DNA from: an uncultured virus (IMG/VR IMGVR_UViG_3300042270_000151)
Lineage: Duplodnaviria > Heunggongvirae > Uroviricota > Caudoviricetes
DNA length: 64,000 nt
Virus record (IMG/VR): IMGVR_UViG_3300042270_000151
Span: 1-64,000 of that record
Direction: 5' to 3' (one strand)
The stretch's first letter is position 1; every line of letters begins with the position of its first letter. A program made the position numbers and the translations under genes. Under the pieces are notes generated by a model. The model made no database searches. It was not told the DNA's origin and worked only from the letters and a program-made list of their open reading frames with translations. Below are positions 30,201-38,911 of this stretch, in pieces.

Positions 30201-33200
30201 AGCCATTGGCGACATCGTCAGCGGTAATCTGAACACGCTTAATATAGTCCGCATGGTACTTAGGGTCCAACTCATCGTCTACATCCGTGACATCCACATC
30301 CTCATCAATCTTTTTCAAGACGGTCAGGTGTGTTAAGAGTATAGGACCAAAGCGTTTCACAAACCAAGTCTGCCACTCCGTAGCATCATTCATGTTGTTG
30401 AGGTCCATCCCCATGTCTTCACCGAACTCATGGAAATATTCAACTTGGTCACCTTTAAAGGTAGCCCGCATCCCTTCCCAGCTGATGTCGTCAATGAACT
30501 CACGCTCAATACGACGGACATGTGCGATGAACTCTTGATCAGTTGTGTCAATGCCGTACTGCATGAAGCGCAAGGCTTCCAATGGTTCTAGTGAGGCATT
30601 GTCCCTGAAATGGCTCCAGAGTTTATACCCACCATAGGCTGCAGCGCCTACCGCGACTGCACCTCCAATAATCAATCCTACAGGCGCTGCCGCAATGGCA
30701 CCGCCAATCGCAGCGGCACCAGATGCAAGCTTAGCTCCACCTGCGAGTACGGCAGCACCCACCTTAGACGACGCTAGTAATGGCGCAGCCGCAAGTGCAC
30801 CGCGTTTAAGCAGCCCACCTGCACCCTTAGCCCCTCGTTTTAGTAGGTTCCAAGACTTACCAAGTAAACCTGGTTTCCTACCCCCCGGAGGCGTACCTCT
30901 GGCGTTACCTAAGGCATCTACACCGTCCAGTACGTCACCGGCTGTACTGGCGGCGGACTTAATGCCCATCGCTATCATGAGTTTATCACCCAGCGCACCA
31001 ATGCCGCTCATGAACAGTCCACCGAGCGAACCAATGATGTCCATAAGCCAAGAGTTCTTTTCTTCCTTCTCTTCTTTCTTTTCCTCTTCCTTAACCTTGA
31101 CTTCTTCAGGGGTTAACTGAGATCGCTGATCTCGCCAGCTCCCTGCACGGTGACCTTCTTCGTCGTCTTCCTTACCGACTTCACGGGCGAAGTTATCGGT
31201 GACTTTAGCAACTGTATCCTTCAAACCACTAACATTATCATCGTTAGCGAGAATGTCGTCATAGCTGTCTCGGATAATGTCAGTACCGGAACTAGACCAA
31301 CTCTCGCCCGTCAGATGGCGGTAGATACCCTGTTGAACGTTTAACTGTTCAATCAACACCGGCAGTAGTTTACGACTACCAATGTCCATCTGGTTACCGG
31401 TCAGTGCCTGTCGGACAGACTCCCCTACCTCAGAGAGTTTAGCCGTGAGCTCTTCCATGGATCCTACGTTTAACGCATCCATGTTTAGATCGGGTATGCG
31501 GGCTTTAAGTTCATCCAAATCCATGGACTTTAACATATCAGGGGTAAGGTTCTGATCCTTCAGCTTCTGCCAGAGTGACAAGGTTTCACGTTCACTGGGG
31601 TCCAGCTCAGGGGCACCGCCCCCTTGCATCTCCCGAAACATCGCCATCATCTCTTCACGCGACATGCCACCGCCACCGGCTAGGCGTCGACCGCCTTCCT
31701 TAGCAACACCCCAGATACCACCCGCTATACCGGCGGTAGCTTTGCCGACACCCTTCAGGTATTGACCGTACAGCTTAGCGCCTTTCCCTAGCAATTTACC
31801 GCCTAGTTCAAGGCCACGCCCCGCCAGGCCACCCAGTAACCCACTGAGTCCCTTAGCCTCAATGCTAATGCCCCACCGGTCAACGAGTCCCGTCTCAATA
31901 TCGTCCAAGGAAATAACGATGTTCCCCTTAGAGTCTAAGACTTCGCCGTCAATTTGCCCTTGGTGTGTGATGACTTTCTGACTCCGACTGGAGATGTAGC
32001 CGCCATTGCGCATGAGCAGTGCACGCATACGCGGTGTGCCTTCACCCTTTACATAGACATCTTTAACCCCGTCGAAGCGATCCTTCACCTTCTGCACTAC
32101 AGCCATGGGTGCCTTTAGTACAGCGCCCATAAGTGCAAACTGTGCGCCGTAAATGCTACCCAGTCCCCGCATCAATCCCTTACCGGCTTCTATTAAGGTA
32201 TTGCCGAAGCGGTCCTCAATCCCTAAGTCATAGTCTTCCTGGGTGAGTACAAAATTGCCATCCAGATCTACCACGGGGCCCTGAATGTCCTCCATAGTAG
32301 CGATGGGGGCTTTGGTTTCAGCATCGAAGTACCAGCCGTTACGCAGTCCTTTTGCGGAGATAACAACGCCCGGCTTCCCTTTAACGTAGATATCCCGTAC
32401 ACCGGTTGCACCTGTACGCTTCAGTACCCGATTCCCCACGTCCAAAGCAACATCTTTAGCCGTCTGGACGGTCTTCAAAGACGTACGACCTAACCAACTG
32501 TAGTAGCTACCCAGCATCCCTACTAAGCTACCTGCACCAGAGCGCAGTTTGCCCAGTAACCCAGACCCCATCTCTTCCACCGATACAGTGTCGCCACCCT
32601 CACCCCCACGACCTGCATTTTCAGCAACGGCCTGTAAGAGTACATGGTTGGTTTCAAAATTGCCATTGATGGCGTCTAAGATGGCGTCTAAACGCTCATG
32701 AGTAGGTGAGGCGTCCAATGTACCCTGGGGTGCCTCAGAGCGCAAATCTACAGCGATAGGTATACCGTCATAGGTTGAGGTCAGCGTGGTGAACTGACTG
32801 AACAATTCTTCCACCAACAATTTACGCTGTGGCGTGAAGTCATCCCAATTCACTGTACTAGTGGTGTTGTAGTTAACCGTGTTACTAAAGGTACCGGTCT
32901 CGCCCGCCTTATTAGTAATAGCGTCTAACCTACCATAGGTACCCTCAAAGCCCTCTGAGAGTGTACTGGCTATTGTATCTAACCGCTCGTGGGTACCGAT
33001 GTCGGCTGCATCAAACTGAATGCCCTCTATCGCCGTTAGCGTGCCACTATTACCGCTAGTAATAGCGTCTAGGATAAGATCCAAATACTCGTGCGTGAGC
33101 GTGTCACCCACTATAGGCGCTGTATCTGGACCTGGTGCAGGTAATGGACTGGGGTCGGCTGACGGTGCAGGCCCCTCTCCCCCTTCCCCTGGTCTAAGTC

Positions 33201-35460
33201 TTCCGTCGATGTAGGCTCTAACCTTCTCCGCATTAACCTTACCGGTTTTGGGATCTACTATACCCAAGCGGTACAGCGTCTCCTTATCCGCAACCTTGTT
33301 TGTATCCGCCAGTCCTTGGTTAACGTCCCGTGTCATCGCGGTAATACGGTCATAAAGTCTGGAGAGCTTGATCTTATTCTCAGAGTCGAAGTTAATATCC
33401 TCCGAGTCTAAGAACGTTTCCAATGCTGCGGTTAGTCCTTCATCCTCACCGGCCACTGAAGTTTTACGCAAATTGTTCAGTGAGAGTGTACTACCATCAT
33501 CCCTTAACTGGAGGATTCTTCTATTCAGCGCGGCCTTAACGTCATCGTCAAGGTTTTCACCCCCTAACAACTTCGTAACAGCATCTGCATCATTTAACCG
33601 GTTATCTACATTGCGCTGATCAAATAGTCGGCTGGCAACAATGTTATCCTGAGTCGATTGACTGACAAACTGTTCCCGTTCAGTTGAGTAGGTAATCCGC
33701 TCCGCTGATTCCCCTGTGGCAACTGTTGTTACTTGTTGGAGGATACGGGAGAGATAGCCTGGTATAATCTCAATGATTGAACGACGGGTAAGCAGATCAA
33801 AGCCAACGGCATTAGCTGCATCAGCATGCAGGTTTGAATTAACGCTGAAGGACTCCTTGAACGTAGGCGCCAGTTCTCGTATGAAGTCTTCCACGGCTTG
33901 TACGCCGCCAGATTCCAGTAATCGCTGTAGGGTTTCATTCTCTACCTCCACGTTATCGAATACACTGCGCCCCGAACGGGCCCAGTCGTTTGCCACCTTA
34001 GGGGCATTCTCTATCAAGTACTGCATGGTGTCAGCGCCCCGTAGGAAGCGACCACGCTCTACCGTTTCACTGGCATTCAGTACGCGTTTAAACTGCGCAT
34101 TGATTTTACGTTTGCGTCCACCGAAGAGACCTGAACTGGTGCTGATCGTTTCCGCAATCTCTTCACCGACCCGCTTATCCTCATAACTCTCTTTATCCGT
34201 CAAAGCCTGTAGATCCAAAGGCTCACCGGAAGCCTCATATTGCTGAATGCGGGCCTCTAGTGCTTTAGCCGCACGAGAAGAGAGTCGGTTATCGGGATCC
34301 AGTAGTTTTATTAGACGACTACGCTCCTGGTACTTATTGCGTGTAACGAGACGGTCACCCGCTAACCTAGCACCATATTTAAAGGCTGCGGACGTACCCA
34401 TGGCACCTAACTGCTCGCCAGCCATCCGGGCACGGTCAATACCTGCCTCATCCATGGTCTCACCCATCTCCGACATCTGTTCGTACATGTCGGCACCCAT
34501 GAGGACACCATCTTTAAGATCACGGGCTGCGCCTGTAATCTTCTTGAAGGCACGTTCTCGAAACTCAGAGGTGTAGTTCGCAACAAAGTCATGCACACTG
34601 CCTTGCACCCGACCAATGAGCTGATTGGTCGCAACCTGACCGTATTGCTCGGAGAGCCGTAACTTAACCGCCTCGGGTAGACCGGTGTTCTTAACCACCG
34701 CTTTGAGTTCGTGTAAGTTCTGATCCGCCATCGCTTTTGTAACCGTTAACAGGTCACGGGCTGCGAAATACTGACGGTGCTGCAGTTCCAGACTCTTACG
34801 TTGGTAGTCAAAGAGTACCGATTCTTGATACCCTACCAGTTTACTGATACCTTCACTGATAGAGGTAAGCTGATTGTACTGACGGTCGCCCTGCTCAATC
34901 GCAATTTTACGGTCAACAGAACGCTGCTTATCTTCCAGTGTCAGGTTAGCCTCTGTTGCGGCTGTCTGGGCAGTCGCTTCACGGTACTTATCAAAGATAG
35001 AGCCCAGGCTACCGGCTATCGCAGACTCATTGGGGTCTACGTACTGCCTCGCCTCTTCGGCCTCACCACCCAGCTTCTTAACCGTATCCGCCAGCCATTT
35101 AGGTAGATATTTATCCGCCTTTTCCTGGCTTTTACGGAGCATTTTCTGAGCCGCTTTGACCGCAGGCTCAAGTTCTTTGGCTGCCGCATCATATAGATCC
35201 TGGCCTAAGGACAGCGCGTCATCCGCGGCATCAATGGCCATGCTATAGCCTTCCGGCAGTGCATTCTCTTTAATTGCACGGGCTGCGGTACGGGCTGTAC
35301 TGGTACGTAATACTGATTTGAGTGCCCCGTCCGCCACACGCGTGGCGGGCGTGCGGTTATCTGCTGCCGCACTGTCGTCTGGCATTATGTCGATGTCAGG
35401 TACATCGAGATCGTCCAAGGCATCGATGTCAAAATCAACATCATCGTCATACTTGGCCAT
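27259..35460 (-). CDS. tail tape-measure-like protein with C-terminal M23 peptidase (phiKZ gp181 position)
   Basis: 2733 aa; YQRKSLELQ.R, VKNTGLPE, SI.EIIPGYL motifs; Gly/Ala hydrophobic segments; HGGIDIA, YAHLS, GVSTGPHLHFEVR. Confidence 0.85.
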   Translation of the reverse strand: MAKYDDDVDFDIDALDDLDVPDIDIMPDDSAAADNRTPATRVADGALKSVLRTSTARTAARAIKENALPEGYSMAIDAADDALSLGQDLYDAAAKELEPAVKAAQKMLRKSQEKADKYLPKWLADTVKKLGGEAEEARQYVDPNESAIAGSLGSIFDKYREATAQTAATEANLTLEDKQRSVDRKIAIEQGDRQYNQLTSISEGISKLVGYQESVLFDYQRKSLELQHRQYFAARDLLTVTKAMADQNLHELKAVVKNTGLPEAVKLRLSEQYGQVATNQLIGRVQGSVHDFVANYTSEFRERAFKKITGAARDLKDGVLMGADMYEQMSEMGETMDEAGIDRARMAGEQLGAMGTSAAFKYGARLAGDRLVTRNKYQERSRLIKLLDPDNRLSSRAAKALEARIQQYEASGEPLDLQALTDKESYEDKRVGEEIAETISTSSGLFGGRKRKINAQFKRVLNASETVERGRFLRGADTMQYLIENAPKVANDWARSGRSVFDNVEVENETLQRLLESGGVQAVEDFIRELAPTFKESFSVNSNLHADAANAVGFDLLTRRSIIEIIPGYLSRILQQVTTVATGESAERITYSTEREQFVSQSTQDNIVASRLFDQRNVDNRLNDADAVTKLLGGENLDDDVKAALNRRILQLRDDGSTLSLNNLRKTSVAGEDEGLTAALETFLDSEDINFDSENKIKLSRLYDRITAMTRDVNQGLADTNKVADKETLYRLGIVDPKTGKVNAEKVRAYIDGRLRPGEGGEGPAPSADPSPLPAPGPDTAPIVGDTLTHEYLDLILDAITSGNSGTLTAIEGIQFDAADIGTHERLDTIASTLSEGFEGTYGRLDAITNKAGETGTFSNTVNYNTTSTVNWDDFTPQRKLLVEELFSQFTTLTSTYDGIPIAVDLRSEAPQGTLDASPTHERLDAILDAINGNFETNHVLLQAVAENAGRGGEGGDTVSVEEMGSGLLGKLRSGAGSLVGMLGSYYSWLGRTSLKTVQTAKDVALDVGNRVLKRTGATGVRDIYVKGKPGVVISAKGLRNGWYFDAETKAPIATMEDIQGPVVDLDGNFVLTQEDYDLGIEDRFGNTLIEAGKGLMRGLGSIYGAQFALMGAVLKAPMAVVQKVKDRFDGVKDVYVKGEGTPRMRALLMRNGGYISSRSQKVITHQGQIDGEVLDSKGNIVISLDDIETGLVDRWGISIEAKGLSGLLGGLAGRGLELGGKLLGKGAKLYGQYLKGVGKATAGIAGGIWGVAKEGGRRLAGGGGMSREEMMAMFREMQGGGAPELDPSERETLSLWQKLKDQNLTPDMLKSMDLDELKARIPDLNMDALNVGSMEELTAKLSEVGESVRQALTGNQMDIGSRKLLPVLIEQLNVQQGIYRHLTGESWSSSGTDIIRDSYDDILANDDNVSGLKDTVAKVTDNFAREVGKEDDEEGHRAGSWRDQRSQLTPEEVKVKEEEKKEEKEEKNSWLMDIIGSLGGLFMSGIGALGDKLMIAMGIKSAASTAGDVLDGVDALGNARGTPPGGRKPGLLGKSWNLLKRGAKGAGGLLKRGALAAAPLLASSKVGAAVLAGGAKLASGAAAIGGAIAAAPVGLIIGGAVAVGAAAYGGYKLWSHFRDNASLEPLEALRFMQYGIDTTDQEFIAHVRRIEREFIDDISWEGMRATFKGDQVEYFHEFGEDMGMDLNNMNDATEWQTWFVKRFGPILLTHLTVLKKIDEDVDVTDVDDELDPKYHADYIKRVQITADDVANGFNPYEWVASPFKGHEVRNMVEEISEYTEVLLKAAEAGNVEDVEVDSKGTFSTLVEGAKKVYGAVAKVVPGVALMGRVASGVHSAVSTVADTVREKGVLGAAKAGITAVAGSIPFIGGFFKKDEEEETQTSGKLAPNAKWTLLRMMMYGLGKDANPEAIKAVMALERKLGKDTASIRSSGELKVDRFKLYKEVAASFNRDPKDRNSQLVWIQWLTDRFAPAFTRYIHSLHAATGDDRLLDSDARLDEMDGETRALFLKRVKMEQIPPGLHTHPYEVMNSPYGGEKSIASKEDIYAYIELLAKAEEVETPEVAGASGEMKRGLLASIWGKVAEKAEGIKAGVSAAIETVREKGVVGALGDALTKAAPAIAKAIPGAGAVMYLGGKAVEALRKDTEVEPIEGLRLLQYGVNLKDRTFVKRVRELELLALDAVTWVGKRAEITEDPEYFFKQMAESMGLSFTNEANAKAWTTWFAKRFTPVLLTHLQTLKLLDEILELEEIDKRMSVEMKIEYVNRVQFTANDIASGKDPYAITDSPMYGVVVESLREVIAVYTKRLLDTLATGRINNNQSFMPPEVKANDKATEAISQAKETQQAISKQRSEEAKSKAGNNSPVETANGMGRSEMGSASNGDAPDADGNMPAGVPDAPSNMKPSGDGSMLMPAQGRISSAYGRRMHPTRKEMHGHGGIDIAAPTGTPVYAAMDGTISRQYRSSSYGNVIYINHPDGRATRYAHLSRFAAGTGAGAVVKQGQIIGYVGSTGVSTGPHLHFEVREGHAQRSPTADPMKFIGPAREMLAQQEKEVKEAEKGDDIGDQDFSLEGVDTIASTTLKKPVLADAGISDDDPSVNATANNDPVASALPVSPKVGPSGVDGTLTAQTGGTANLPDVGAGAAGVDVERLVGEQTKHASEAQRLRERQVMTQEETNAKMDRLIAAIENQQPPQVNVSAGEPSQPKGTKPNTPVGRRKGDSQGSGYNGVVGFDYS

Positions 35461-35573
35461 AGAGTACCTCCTTTTAGGTCACTGACCACTTGTCAGATGA
35501 TTCAACCGCTGTCCACTATAGTGGTTTATTGACTTAGGGAATGATTTGATTCACCTCACATAGGGACCTCCGT

Positions 35574-37040
35574 ATGTCCAATAGAAGTAAACCTTTCAAC
35601 ATTGCCCTGCTAGAAAATCGTCTCCAACGCATTGCGGGTCTCTTACCCGTTAAGTCATTAGAGATGTTTGTGCAGGGTCGAGAGTTCCATCCTACAGGAC
35701 TCTACTCTGATCTAATCTTTGGCCCTGTCGGTAGTGATAGCCGTATGACCCGCCATGGGTATATTAACTTACGGACTCAAGTTCTCCACCCTAAGGTCTT
35801 TGAAGACATCACCCGGTTAAAGAGCCTGTATAAAGACATTATGCAAGGCCGTGCCTATGCGATCTGGGACGCTGAGCTAAAAGACTTCGTACGGTCAGAC
35901 GTACTCGAAGGTGAAACTGGCTATGCCTTCTTCATGAAGCACTTTAAAGAGATCGAGATTCCCCGCACGAAGTCCTATCGTCGTGATATCGTCATTGACC
36001 TCATTAATAAGTACAGAGACAGGTCTGTCCTTAACTTTTTAATCGTCATGCCTGCAGGCCTTCGGGATCTGGACATTGATGAGCAAGATCGTCCGGTTGA
36101 GCAGGAGATCAATAAACTCTACCGTAAGGTGATTGCCGCTACCAACGGAATTTCAGAAGCCCTCGCCTTTAAGAACGACCCCGTGCTCAATGCGACGCGC
36201 TGGTCTATCCAATCCTCCGTTCAGCAGATTTGGACGATTATCATGGGGATGTTAGGTGGTAAACAGGGCTTCCTACAGTCTAAATGGGGATCTCGTCGAG
36301 TTGCCTTTGCTACAGCCAACGTAATTTCGGCTATGGATCCAGCGGGTTCAGATTTGGACGGACCGCGTAGCTTTGACCTGACGACGACACAGGTGGGAAT
36401 CTATCAGTTCATTAAAGGCACCGAACCGGTTATGACCGGCTTTCAAATGCCTAATGGCATTGCACGGAACCTGATTGCAGAGGCCGATTATGAGCCCTAC
36501 CTCATTGACCCTAAAACCCTTACCTCTCACCGGGTGAAGTTAGATGAGTCGGAGCGTGTGAGTTGGGCTACAGAGGCCGGTCGAGCTAAGCTAATTAAAG
36601 CCTTCAGTGAGGTCGAACGCCGTCATCGACCCATTATGGTAAGCGACCATTACCTTAAACTCGTCTATCAGGATGAGAAAGGCTTCAAGCTATTGGACTC
36701 AATCGCTGAGTTACCCGAGGATAAGGATGCCTCTACAGTACGTCCTCTAACCTGGGCGGAGTATTTCTACATTGAGGCCCAGCAGTACGTACATCGCGTG
36801 CGCTGCTACATTACCCGATACCCAGTTACAGGTCAGGGTTCTACGTATCCCTCTACGGTGTACTTGCGCTCTACCGTAACCTCACACATTCTACACACTT
36901 ATAATGAAAGTTGGGAGTTGGAATCAGAAGGACAGGTGTACCCTGAGTTTCCAAACACTGTCGGTAAAAGCGAGTTTATCTCAACTACGATCGTAAGTCC
37001 ATTTGCGTTAGTCGGCCTTGGGGCTGACTACGATGGCGAT
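35574..37040 (+). CDS. virion RNA polymerase beta-prime subunit (phiKZ gp180-like), exon 1
   Basis: GLYS..IFG, PAGLRD, KQGF...KW, TRYP and catalytic GADYDGD at the exon end. Confidence 0.9.
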
Positions 37041-37090
37041 AAAAAGTTATAACCATCATATTGTATAAGTAAACTACAATATGGTGTAAT

Positions 37091-38335
37091 ATGTTTTACA
37101 AGTATAAGGACATAGAAGGTTTTGTAGAAGTACGCGGGCCCAACAATAACCGTGTATATGTGAATAAAGAAGGTTTGGTTCTAGATGCGAACGGGACTAA
37201 GCTAGATAAACGACTAGATGGCTCGGGTAACTCTATTGTCGATATTGATTTAGGTTACGGGACATCAGAGACACTTGTGGCAAAACTCGTTATTCTGGCT
37301 TTTAAACGTCCAGTAGATGACGTTATACCTGCAATTGTGCCCTTTAGCACAATTGGTGATAACGGCAATCTACACCCGAGTAACCTAGGATATAGGTTTA
37401 AAGATGGACCTATCGAGTCTAAAAGGTTTCCAGGATTTTACCACGTACCTATGGTTACCCGATACGTTATAAATAAGGACGGTGACCTGTTAAACAGTAT
37501 TACCGGACGACCCATTAAATGGGTCCAGGACATGCAGCTGGCTAATAAATGGCGAAATACCACTGGCGGCTATTGGTGCTGCGTCCTAGCAGGTGACGGT
37601 GGCAGTACTAGGGTTAAACGCCATCGAGCACTAGCGTATACCTTTCTTAATTACCCCGATAACGTGGACAAGTTAGACGTAAACCACATAGACGGCGTAC
37701 CCGGTAACGACAACCTTTCGAACTTAGAATTCTGTACCAGGTCAGAAAACTGTAGACATGCTACAGATAAAGGTCTAAGGGTGCAAGCTAAGCAGATAGT
37801 CATAGAGAACGTAGTCACTGGAGAGCAATTGAGATTTCCTAGCATGCACCGGTGTGCAGAGTACCTAGGTCTATACAGTGGCGAGACTGTCCGTTGGCGG
37901 ATAAACCAGGGCAAGGGTAAGGTGTATGACGGTTATAGATTTTGGATTGATGGGGTTGACCAAGGCGACGGATCCGTGTACGGCGTGCATTTGGAGTCAA
38001 ACGTTCCGTATAAGTGGCCTACAGTCGCGGACGCTAGTGCGGACACCGCCGCACCAACAAAGTCAATAATGCGGGCAACCAGAAGATCCAAGCCAAAACC
38101 TATAAATGGCTTTATTTTTAGCCTAGTCCCAATAACCGATCTAAATGTCGAAAAATGCCCATCTGTTAAACAGGTTGTGGTTTCAAATCGTAATGATGAG
38201 TCGGTTGTATTTAAAGGCTCTATGCGCGCGGCGTGTAATTATCTAAATACCACGGCTAGGGCTAGGATAACCAAAGAGCTAAACGAGTTGGGTCGTGTAG
38301 AATTTGGTCCTTATACTGTAACATATAAACTATAA
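37091..38335 (+). CDS. intron-encoded HNH homing endonuclease
   Basis: HRALA..F......LDVNHIDGVPGND.LSNLEFCTRSENCRHA, plus C-terminal NUMOD/IENR-like repeats. Confidence 0.9.
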   Translation: MFYKYKDIEGFVEVRGPNNNRVYVNKEGLVLDANGTKLDKRLDGSGNSIVDIDLGYGTSETLVAKLVILAFKRPVDDVIPAIVPFSTIGDNGNLHPSNLGYRFKDGPIESKRFPGFYHVPMVTRYVINKDGDLLNSITGRPIKWVQDMQLANKWRNTTGGYWCCVLAGDGGSTRVKRHRALAYTFLNYPDNVDKLDVNHIDGVPGNDNLSNLEFCTRSENCRHATDKGLRVQAKQIVIENVVTGEQLRFPSMHRCAEYLGLYSGETVRWRINQGKGKVYDGYRFWIDGVDQGDGSVYGVHLESNVPYKWPTVADASADTAAPTKSIMRATRRSKPKPINGFIFSLVPITDLNVEKCPSVKQVVVSNRNDESVVFKGSMRAACNYLNTTARARITKELNELGRVEFGPYTVTYKL

Positions 38336-38740
38336 CTATTGTCCAGCTGGGCGGTAACGCTCAGTCTGATCTCACCTTAATTGCTGGGAACCCCTAAAGC
38401 CTGTCTAGCAACAACATAGACCGAAAGGTCAAATGTGAGTGCGAGCGAAAGCTAGAGAAAATAGACAGGATTCGGTATGGTGATCGTAAGCCTAACCCGA
38501 TAAAGAATGGGCAATCAGCAGCGAAGCTTCTACGGATTGCTGTGAAGCAAGCTAGGAAGAACGTTCAACGACCATCCGGTAGCGCGGAGTAGGGCCCAAG
38601 CGGGCGGGTATATCCCTTAAATCGAAATAGGTGACCCCTCTAGACAACGGAGGGTGAAGATATGGTCTAGTATCCTAGGGAAAGCCTAGGGCGGCACGTA
38701 AGGGTGCGGGTTTGGCGTAGCGTCCAAACTGAATGAAACG
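38336..38740 (+). ncRNA. group I ribozyme core
   Basis: P AATTGCTGGGAA (38379), Q AATCAGCAG (38513), R GTTCAACGACCA (38563), S AAGATATGGTC (38657); P3 TCACCT/AGGTGA; P7 GACCA/TGGTC; P9 CCTAGG-GAAAG-CCTAGG. Confidence 0.9.
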
Positions 38741-38902
38741 AGAGTTTCCACACATTTTGTGTTTGCAGAGGATGCGGTGGCTGAAATTGACGCTAAGCTT
38801 AACTCAGTTGAGAACTACGTCGATGCCTCTGGGTCTTTAGCGAACGGATCAAACATAGAAACCATTGAACGCGTATTGCGTAGCTTCACTGGATTTAAGT
38901 AA
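38741..38902 (+). CDS. virion RNA polymerase beta-prime subunit, exon 2 (53 aa; spliced product 542 aa)
   Basis: RVSTHFVFAEDAVAEID...SFTGFK stop, in frame with exon 1; stop overlaps the RBS of the next gene. Confidence 0.82.
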   Translation, partial: RVSTHFVFAEDAVAEIDAKLNSVENYVDASGSLANGSNIETIERVLRSFTGFK

Positions 38903-38911
38903 GGAGTTACT

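Larger units (their letters stand above)
37041..38740 (+). mobile_element. group I intron (1700 nt) with HNH endonuclease
   Basis: Exon ends in T and intron ends in G; removal restores DYDGD-RVSTHF in frame; P, Q, R and S core motifs present. Confidence 0.88.

Noticed and set aside
28012..35106. Many 60-208 aa ORFs opposite the tape-measure-like gene
   Set aside because: Ser/Pro/Ala-rich antisense translations of a clear gene.
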